DNA of 32,000 nt. It comes from Acaryochloris thomasi RCC1774 (GTDB lineage Bacteria; Cyanobacteriota; Cyanobacteriia; Thermosynechococcales; Thermosynechococcaceae). Within the stretch, counting starts at the first letter, position 1; every line of letters begins with the position of its first letter. The notes below the pieces were generated by a model. The model was given only the letters and a program-made list of their open reading frames with translations. It searched no databases and was not told the DNA's origin. A program made the translations under genes and the position numbers. This document shows, piece by piece, positions 17,083 to 24,015 of the stretch. The DNA lies in assembly GCF_003231495.1 (NCBI RefSeq), contig NZ_PQWO01000012.1, positions 30,001-62,000 of the forward strand, read 5' to 3'.

Positions 17083-17844
17083 ATGATTGCTAACCTACCA
17101 GTGCCTACTATGACTGCACCCCGTCAGCGCGGCGATCAGCTTGTCAGCAAGGTGGTTGAAACCGCCGTTGCTTCATTACTTAAGCAAACAGAGAAGCTAG
17201 AGGTTAAAGTCAGGGCTGAACCGGTATCAAAGCTGCTGCAGGGCAGTGTTGACGGGTTTGACTTCTCAGGTCAGGAGCTATTGATGCACAGTGGTCTCAG
17301 AGTTGACCGGATGGAGTTTTATCTACAGGCGCTCTCCATTGACTTTGGCTCTATCTTGAGGGGCCACGTCAAACTCCGGCAGCCGACACAAGCTTCAATG
17401 CGAATTGCGCTCACAGAAGACGATCTGACGGCCTCATTTAACACAGATTTTCTCAAGGAAAAGCTCCAGCAGCTCTCTTTTGAGGGGCAGCCCCTGATGT
17501 TCGAGCAGACTCAAATCACGATTAATGATGAAGATCAGTCGCTGAGGATGCAAAGTTGGGTGCGCAAGGGGCAGGCCGAGCAACTTTTTGAAATAGACAT
17601 CACAGCTCGCGTGGTGATTGAAGATCGGCATCGGCTGAAATTTGTCGATGTTAACTGTCGTGGTGATCAAGGGTCTGTAGAGCTAGGCCAGATGCTAACT
17701 CAGCATGTGAATAATCTGCTTGATTTAGACCAGTTTTCTTTAGAGGGCATGCAGCTTCGTGTGGATCAGCTGCGACTTAGAAATAAGCAGCTCACGCTAT
17801 ATGGTGTTGCCCACATTGAGAAATTTCCCCAGAGAAATGCTTAA
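17083..17844 (+). CDS. DUF2993 (LmeA-like) family protein
   Basis: 253 aa. The pattern LEVKVRAEPVSKLLQGSVDGFDFSGQELLMHSGLRVDRMEFYLQALSIDFGSILRG...LTEDDLTASFN matches my memory of cyanobacterial DUF2993 proteins. No search was run. Confidence 0.6.
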   Translation: MIANLPVPTMTAPRQRGDQLVSKVVETAVASLLKQTEKLEVKVRAEPVSKLLQGSVDGFDFSGQELLMHSGLRVDRMEFYLQALSIDFGSILRGHVKLRQPTQASMRIALTEDDLTASFNTDFLKEKLQQLSFEGQPLMFEQTQITINDEDQSLRMQSWVRKGQAEQLFEIDITARVVIEDRHRLKFVDVNCRGDQGSVELGQMLTQHVNNLLDLDQFSLEGMQLRVDQLRLRNKQLTLYGVAHIEKFPQRNA

Positions 17845-17953
17845 TGTCATGCATTGAAGCTGCTAGGCAGATTCTCACCTAACGACGTCAAGGGAAGCGC
17901 GCATAGGTCTTCATATTTAGCGGAGGCTACAGCGGTCTTGTGCCTTCCTGAGC

Positions 17954-18652
17954 TTATGCGTAATATCTCGCCTGCATTCTCTGACAGTAGGCCGCCAAGT
18001 TCTCTAACTTCTCAGCCTTATCTCTCAACGGTGAGGTGAGGGTTTCATTTAAGATATTTGCCAGCAGGCTATAGGCGGAGGCATCTAGGGTCGTAGGCTG
18101 GTCGCCCATGAAGAAAGGTTTCTCGGCTAAGAAATCAGAGAGAGCCTGCAGATCGGTTGCGCCAATCTGATAAACTTCAGCGGCTGTATGTCGTCCCATG
18201 CCGTGGCCTTTGAGATTTTGGATCACGCTCTTTCGGGCAATTTTAGGCACAAGTAGTTTGATGATTGGAGGCAGGCCAGAAAAATAGACCGCCTTCGTTT
18301 TCAGCCAGTTCTCTTCGTCAATCCAGCGACTATACACTAAAGCCCAGTAGAGGTTTTCTTCGATGAGGCGGCGCATGGCAAGTGCGATCGCAACCTCAGC
18401 AGCACTTAAATGTTCATCAACCCGATCACCATAGGTTGTCTTCAAGTACTCAAGTATCAGATTAGAGTCAGCAATAATCTGGCCATTATCTTCAATGTAA
18501 GGGAGCTTCCCTTTAGGAGCTTTTCGCACATCGGCACTGGTATCGCTCTTGTACTCAATGCCAGTCATCCGCAGATAGGTTTCTAGCTTCATACAAAAGG
18601 GACTTGCGTTGGGCAGCCCCCAAGCAGGTTCAAATTGATAGAGAGTTAGCAT
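17954..18652 (-). CDS. Glutathione S-transferase family protein (metaxin/FAXC-like subgroup)
   Basis: 232 aa. The N-terminal thioredoxin-like GST fold reads SPFCMKLETYLRMTGIEY...KGKLPYIEDNGQIIADSNLILEYL. The C-terminal helical domain includes KPFFMGDQPTTLDASAYS. GGAGG lies 4 nt before the ATG. Confidence 0.8.
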   Translation of the reverse strand: MLTLYQFEPAWGLPNASPFCMKLETYLRMTGIEYKSDTSADVRKAPKGKLPYIEDNGQIIADSNLILEYLKTTYGDRVDEHLSAAEVAIALAMRRLIEENLYWALVYSRWIDEENWLKTKAVYFSGLPPIIKLLVPKIARKSVIQNLKGHGMGRHTAAEVYQIGATDLQALSDFLAEKPFFMGDQPTTLDASAYSLLANILNETLTSPLRDKAEKLENLAAYCQRMQARYYA

Positions 18653-18687
18653 CTTGCCTCCATGAATACTCAGTCGCGAGACTCTGT

Positions 18688-18745
18688 GATACCAGTAACA
18701 TCGGTATCAACGCTGAGGAGAGAAATTGATACTATATGAGTATAC
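18688..18745. promoter_or_regulatory. Paired GATAC/GTATC inverted repeats in the GST-ClC divergent intergenic region
   Basis: GATACC-N9-GGTATC at 18688-18708 and GATAC-N7-GTATAC at 18728-18745. Two similar half-site pairs lie 40 nt apart between divergent genes. Function unknown. Confidence 0.25.
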
Positions 18746-18906
18746 AGTACAAAAATACTATTCAAGCTTTAGAAGTCGTATCCGAGTATTTTCGAGATTG
18801 TCTTTTGATCTTTTTCTCCGCAGTCGGTAATCGACAGAATGCTTTCCTGATAAGTGGCTAAATAGCTCTTTAATGGAAGGTAGGACACACCAACGAGCAG
18901 CTTCAT

Positions 18907-21519
18907 ATGTGGCGGTTGCCAACAGCAGAGCGATTCCGGTCTCAGATTGATCCCAAGCGCTTTGCCATCCTTGAAGCTTGCATTATTGGATTGGTTTCGG
19001 GCCTCGCCGCCGTCATTCTACAGGACGGGATTGGCTGGCTCGGTGGCTGGCGCATCCGTCTGGCGGCTGAGTTCCCAGCCCCTATTGCTTTGCCTCTCAT
19101 CGGTCTAGTCGGCGGATTGCTTGCAGGCTGGCTGATCAAAAACTTTGCCTCTGACGCTGCCGGTAGCGGCATCCCTCAGGTGAAAGCGGCACTGGCTCAG
19201 TTCCCGGTGGCGCTTGATTTACAGGTGGCCTTCGTCAAGCTCGTCAGCGGGATTGCCACCTTAGGCGCAGGTCTTAGTCTGGGTCGCCAAGGTCCGACGG
19301 TACAGATTGGGGCGGCCTTAGCGAGCCAACTGAGCTATTGGTTCCCCACCGCCCCAGACCATCGACGTCAGATGATCGCAGCCGGAGCTGGGGCCGGCTT
19401 AGCAGCGGGCTTTAATGCCCCGATCGCGGGCGTACTGTTTATCGTAGAAGAGCTGCTCCACGATCTGTCAGGCCTAACGTTAGGCACTGCAATTCTATCT
19501 TCGTTTATTGGTGCGGTTGTCGCTCGGGTGCTGGGGGGACAGAGCTGGTTCCTTAACCTGGAGCAGGTCGTCTCTGACACTACTTTCTCGGTCCCTGAGA
19601 TTCCTTTTTATATTATTTTGGGCGTGTTGGCTGGCGTGCTGGGCGCGTTCTTCAATCGCAGCCTGATGGCAAGCATGAACTTCAACCGGCGGATTTCGCG
19701 CTTGGACCTGCCTCTGCGAATCGGGCTGGCGGGCTGCTTTTGTGGTCTGGTGATTAGCCTGCTCCCCACGATATTTCAGGATAACGCCGGACTGCGAGGA
19801 CTGCTGGGCGACGGGACTTTAGGCTGGCAGATGACTGCGATCGCATTTATCGTTCAGTTCGCGTTAACACTGGTGGCCTATGGCTCCGGCGCACCGGGCG
19901 GACTGTTCGCCCCGAGTCTCATTTTAGGGGCAGCCCTAGGACACCTCGTGGGCCTTAGTCACGCAGGTCTCTTTGGAACAGAGGTCACCACGACCTATGC
20001 CCTGGTGGGTATGGGAGCATTCTTTGGGGCCGTGAGTCGAGTCCCTGTGACCGGCATTGTGATCATTTTTGAGATCACCACCGACTTCAATCTGGTGCTA
20101 CCTCTGATGATTAGCTCTGTCGTGGCAAACCTCGCTGCAGAAGCAATCAGTCAAGGCTCTGTTTATGACCTGTTGCTAGAACGGCAGGGGATTCAACTCC
20201 AGGCCGATCTGTCTGCGGGATCGCGCAGCATGCTCGATAGCCTAACGGCAGCAGACATCATGGAGCGACGGGTCGAAACGTTGCCCCACAATTTACCTCT
20301 AGATCAAGCTCTGAAGCTGTTCGCTAGCTCCCATCACCGAGGCTTCCCGGTGGTTTCAGAGAAGGGACTGCAGGGGATTGTTACCCGCACCGATCTCAAC
20401 CTTGGGCAGCAGCAAAATCTTAGCGCCACCGCAACGATTCAGGAAGTGATGACGCCTCACCCGATTGTGGTGCATCCGAAGGCGACCTTGAACGAAGTTC
20501 TCTATTGGCTAAACCGCTCCAATATTAGTCGTCTGCCCGTAACTGAAGGGCGCAAGCTGGTGGGCATCATCACGCGGGCCGATATCATTCGGGCTGAATC
20601 GGAGCAGATTACGGGCGAGCAATACCACCAAGGGAACTCTGGGCAGCCATCCTATCAGGTCTATAGAACCCGAGGACCAGCAACAGGACGGGGGCGTTTG
20701 CTGGTGGCGCTCTCGAATCCCGAGACGGTGGATTTGCTGTTGAGACTTGCGATCGCAATTGCCCGAGATCGAGACTATGAACTAGAGTGCGTCCAGATTG
20801 TGGTGGTACCGCGCAACTGCCCACCCTCAGAGACTCCAGTGCGGACGGCGCAAAGTCAGCGATTGCTGCGTCGTGCGGTTCGCTATGGTAAGCGAGCGCA
20901 AATCTCAGTCCATACCCAGATTCGAGTCGCTCATGACGTTGCCCAAACCATTCTAGAAATCGAAAAACAGCGTCATATTGATCTGGTTTTGATGGGCTGG
21001 CAGGGCACCTCCAGCATGGGGCCAGTCATCAATCGTTCAGTCCAAACTATTTTGAGAAAAGCGGTCAGCGATGTGTTGGTGGTCAAAGCCCCTCAGGGGC
21101 AGGTGGTGAAACAGTGGCAACGTTGGCTTGTTCCCATTTCTAGCGGGCCAAATATTCAGCAGGCGATTCAGTTGCTGCCGGCTTTGACGGCCCATAGTCC
21201 CACGACTGATATTCGGCTGTGTCAGGTCTACGCGCCGCCGGAGGTTTCTCCCCATCAAAGTCTCATCGATCGCTACACTCAGTTCCTCAACCGTCGTCTG
21301 TCAGGAAGCGTCAAAGGCATTCAAGTCTGCTCCCCCAACGTTGCCGAGGCCATTGTCGAGCTTGCAGACGTTGAACAGTCTGATGTCATTGTGTTGGGGG
21401 CCAGTCAGGCCCATCTTTGGAAACAGGTGTTGTTGGGGTGTATCCCAGATGCGATCGCAACCACCACCGACCGCGCCGTAATTTTAGTCCGAGGGCGCGG
21501 AACGACTGAGGTATCATAG
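18907..21519 (+). CDS. ClC-family chloride channel/antiporter with a CBS pair and two C-terminal USP-like domains
   Basis: 870 aa. ClC selectivity-filter motifs are present: GSGIPQVK, GRQGPTVQIG, GLFAPSL. A CBS-pair region follows (DIMERRVETL...GFPVV and VMTPHPIVV...ISRLPV...GIITRADI). Two USP-like modules complete the protein (LLVALSNPE...VLVVK and WLVPISSGPN...VILVRG). Confidence 0.9.
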   Translation: MWRLPTAERFRSQIDPKRFAILEACIIGLVSGLAAVILQDGIGWLGGWRIRLAAEFPAPIALPLIGLVGGLLAGWLIKNFASDAAGSGIPQVKAALAQFPVALDLQVAFVKLVSGIATLGAGLSLGRQGPTVQIGAALASQLSYWFPTAPDHRRQMIAAGAGAGLAAGFNAPIAGVLFIVEELLHDLSGLTLGTAILSSFIGAVVARVLGGQSWFLNLEQVVSDTTFSVPEIPFYIILGVLAGVLGAFFNRSLMASMNFNRRISRLDLPLRIGLAGCFCGLVISLLPTIFQDNAGLRGLLGDGTLGWQMTAIAFIVQFALTLVAYGSGAPGGLFAPSLILGAALGHLVGLSHAGLFGTEVTTTYALVGMGAFFGAVSRVPVTGIVIIFEITTDFNLVLPLMISSVVANLAAEAISQGSVYDLLLERQGIQLQADLSAGSRSMLDSLTAADIMERRVETLPHNLPLDQALKLFASSHHRGFPVVSEKGLQGIVTRTDLNLGQQQNLSATATIQEVMTPHPIVVHPKATLNEVLYWLNRSNISRLPVTEGRKLVGIITRADIIRAESEQITGEQYHQGNSGQPSYQVYRTRGPATGRGRLLVALSNPETVDLLLRLAIAIARDRDYELECVQIVVVPRNCPPSETPVRTAQSQRLLRRAVRYGKRAQISVHTQIRVAHDVAQTILEIEKQRHIDLVLMGWQGTSSMGPVINRSVQTILRKAVSDVLVVKAPQGQVVKQWQRWLVPISSGPNIQQAIQLLPALTAHSPTTDIRLCQVYAPPEVSPHQSLIDRYTQFLNRRLSGSVKGIQVCSPNVAEAIVELADVEQSDVIVLGASQAHLWKQVLLGCIPDAIATTTDRAVILVRGRGTTEVS

Positions 21520-21553
21520 GCGTCACGGATACAGCACAGCAGGAACAAGCAAC

Positions 21554-22072
21554 ATGCAACAGCGGCGAGTCTGGGTTTTAGCGCTAATTCTCATGCTATG
21601 GAGCGGCTTAGCAGGCTGGGGGCTAACGCAAGCTCAAAATGCAGCCGCGCAGAATCTCGTCGCCCAAGCAGAAGTCGGAACCGTTGATGTGGTGCCTCAA
21701 AGTCTGCAGCTCGCTCAAGAAGTCTATTTAGAGCAGTGCAGTTCCTGTCATGTTGCTTTGCCCGCAGAGACCTTTCCCAGTCAAACTTGGCAGCAGCTAC
21801 TCGTCGATCAAAATCATTATGGCGTTACGCTACCTCGTCTCATTAACCCCGAACTGGGATTGACCTGGAAATATTTGCAGGCTTATTCCCGTCCCCAATC
21901 TCCTGACGACCAGATTCCCTTCCGGTTTCGACAATCCAAAACCTTCAGAATTCTCCATCCTCGGGTCGAGTTTTCTGAACCCGTCACAGTTGACACCTGC
22001 GCGAGCTGCCATCCAGCGGCCTCTCAATTTAACTTTCGCCAGCTCACGCCTGAATGGGACGATGCGCCATAA
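21554..22072 (+). CDS. Dihaem cytochrome c (DHC-type), secreted
   Basis: 172 aa. N-terminal signal-like segment RRVWVLALILMLWSGLAGWGLTQA and two CxxCH haem-binding motifs (CSSCH, CASCH). It starts 34 nt after the ClC stop on the same strand. Confidence 0.75.
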   Translation: MQQRRVWVLALILMLWSGLAGWGLTQAQNAAAQNLVAQAEVGTVDVVPQSLQLAQEVYLEQCSSCHVALPAETFPSQTWQQLLVDQNHYGVTLPRLINPELGLTWKYLQAYSRPQSPDDQIPFRFRQSKTFRILHPRVEFSEPVTVDTCASCHPAASQFNFRQLTPEWDDAP

Positions 22073-22123
22073 AAAAAATCATTAGTCCCTGCTCGCTTAC
22101 GCAGTCGCAGCGGACTAATGATT
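22071..22123 (-). terminator. Rho-independent terminator for the minus-strand ccaA operon
   Basis: Perfect 12-bp arms AATCATTAGTCC / GGACTAATGATT, extended by CTGC/GCAG inside the 23-nt loop. On the minus strand the hairpin is followed by a T6 tract. The tract overlaps the stop codon of the plus-strand cytochrome gene. There is no U tract in the plus direction. Confidence 0.6.
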
Positions 22124-22294
22124 CGATGAACCCTATGATACAAACAAGACGAAAGTCTCTATGTTTCCCAGTTTGTGTGATGCAAACAGTCTGTACGCTG
22201 TCTGATGTTTTTAGATTGCCCACGGCTTTGTTTGTTATGCGTATAGAAAACGTAGACGTTCACGGCCATTGCGAAGTTATACAGAAAAAACCTC

Positions 22295-22939
22295 CTATAT
22301 GCGGCTGACCTTGGCCCTATAGAGAAGCTGGTCACCTCTCCGATAGCCCACGTATCGCACCTGCACAACATCATTCGTTTCGATAATGCCCTGCATCGGT
22401 TGGTGCTGTTGCGGATCATAGGAAGTTTCTTCGCCCACTGCACCAATGGGCCTGATGCCCCAGGCTTCCAAAAGCTGTTCCAACGGACGCAAGAGGGGCA
22501 GAATTTTAATAGCAGGTGCCTGAGGGTCTTGCTTGGCTTTATAGGCGGCAGTCGGCCAGTAGAGCAGCCACGGTTCCAGAACTTGCAGCGCAGCTTGCTG
22601 AAAGCTCTGCTCTAGGTCTTGCTGCTGTTGCTCTAGCTTCTGTTGCAGACGCTGATACTCAGTTTTTAGAGATAACAGTTCTGGAGAGCCTACCTCACTG
22701 CCAACGGGCCGTGGTTCACCTGGTGGCGTGAATTGCTCCAATAATTGAGAGAGGGGCGTTTTTAACGCGTGACTAAGCATCACTAGCGAAGCCACTGGCA
22801 ACGTCTGTATTTTCCCCTGCCGCAGGCGCCGAATTTGGCTCCGAGGCAGTCCCGTTGATTGATAGAGGGCCGAAAAGCTGGTGAGGTTCACCTGCTGCAT
22901 CAGCTGGTATAGCCGCTCTGTATAGTCAGACGAACGCAT
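22295..22939 (-). CDS. Fusion protein: XRE-type HTH N-terminus, Gln-rich coiled coil, and GrpE-like C-terminal domain
   Basis: 214 aa. The HTH region reads LTSFSALYQSTGLPRSQIRRLRQGK...LVMLSHALKTPLSQLL. The central LKTEYQRLQQKLEQQQQDLEQ segment looks like a coiled coil. The C-terminus WGIRPIGAVGEETSYDPQQHQPMQG...VVQVRYVGYRRGDQLLYRAKVSRI follows the GrpE beta-domain pattern (G.. I...G..FDP..H.A....V..V...GY......R.A.V.V). Its start lies 6 nt after the ccaA stop. Confidence 0.6.
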   Translation of the reverse strand: MRSSDYTERLYQLMQQVNLTSFSALYQSTGLPRSQIRRLRQGKIQTLPVASLVMLSHALKTPLSQLLEQFTPPGEPRPVGSEVGSPELLSLKTEYQRLQQKLEQQQQDLEQSFQQAALQVLEPWLLYWPTAAYKAKQDPQAPAIKILPLLRPLEQLLEAWGIRPIGAVGEETSYDPQQHQPMQGIIETNDVVQVRYVGYRRGDQLLYRAKVSRI

Positions 22940-22945
22940 CTCAGA

Positions 22946-23734
22946 TCAAGAAGGCACCCCAAAGCGATAGGGCACAGGCTGTTGCGCTGGATGAGCGCTG
23001 GATTCCCCTTGCTGCAGTCGTCCAGCCGGAATCTCACAGGCAACTGGGGGCGCATGGGTTCGACTATATCTGGGATGTTCAGTCTGTGGCCGAGTGGGCA
23101 GAGAGTCTGATAACAGGCTTTGGGGTGGCAAATAGGTATGGGTCTCAGCGTCGTAGGCTAAGACTTCGCCTGTCTCAATGTGGTAAACCCAAGCATAGAT
23201 TTGCAGTTTGCCCTGCTGCAGCCGCGAGCGCACCACCGGATAGGTTTTGAGATTGTCAATTTGAATTAAGACGTTCTCGGCAACTAGAATCTCGACTAAC
23301 TCTTCACCTTTGGCTTCGGGATAGTTATCGACCACCATCCGCCGCGTTGATTCAGCATGTTTAAGCCAGTCATAAACTAGGGGCATTCCTTCCTGGAGCT
23401 TGTTGAGCTTGAGTAGCCCTTTCATTGCTCCACAGTGGGAATGACCACAGATGATGACCTGCTCAATACCGAGGGCGCTGATGGCATATTCGAGGGTTGC
23501 GCCTTCTCCGCCATTGGCTGCACCGAAGGGTGGAATGATGTTACCGGCGTTGCGAATCACGAATAGCTCACCCAGGTCAGTTTGGGTTAACAGATTCGGA
23601 GAAACCCGTGAATCAGCACAGGTAATGAATAGCACACGTGGCTTTTGGCCGTGGGCGAGTTCTTCAAAGAGAGCATGATGTTTAGATACGTAGCGCTGCT
23701 TGAATTCTTCGAGGCCACGAACGAGATCTTCCAC
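22946..23734 (-). CDS. ccaA: Beta-class carbonic anhydrase, CcaA/IcfA (carboxysomal) type
   Basis: 262 aa with a GTG start. It is near-colinear with Synechococcus PCC 7942 IcfA/CcaA as I recall it: GQKPRVLFITCADSRV, ELFVIRNAGNIIPPFGAANGGEGATLEYAI, CGHSHCGAMKGLLKLNKLQEGMPLVYDWL, LVEILVAENVLIQIDNLKTYPVVRSRL. A Pro/Gln-rich C-terminal extension follows. Confidence 0.85.
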   Translation of the reverse strand: MEDLVRGLEEFKQRYVSKHHALFEELAHGQKPRVLFITCADSRVSPNLLTQTDLGELFVIRNAGNIIPPFGAANGGEGATLEYAISALGIEQVIICGHSHCGAMKGLLKLNKLQEGMPLVYDWLKHAESTRRMVVDNYPEAKGEELVEILVAENVLIQIDNLKTYPVVRSRLQQGKLQIYAWVYHIETGEVLAYDAETHTYLPPQSLLSDSLPTRPQTEHPRYSRTHAPPVACEIPAGRLQQGESSAHPAQQPVPYRFGVPS

Positions 23735-24015
23735 GGGGTTAATACTTTTTTAAGATACTCCCAACATCATACCTGTCGGAATGCGGGCAAAGAAGCAGTA
23801 ATGCCTGAGAATTGATGAACTCTGCTTATGCGGCTGATTACCTCAGTGTCAAACGCAAGTAAAAGAGAGTTTATCGCTGAGGTTTGTGCGTATGGTGCGT
23901 AATTTTGCTGAAAATCGCTGAAAAATTAGGGGGTTGCATCCCTTCAGAATGCTCACTAAGTTGGGCAGCAAGTCAGGCCCGATGTGATCACTGCCCACCT
24001 ATTGAATCGTGATTC

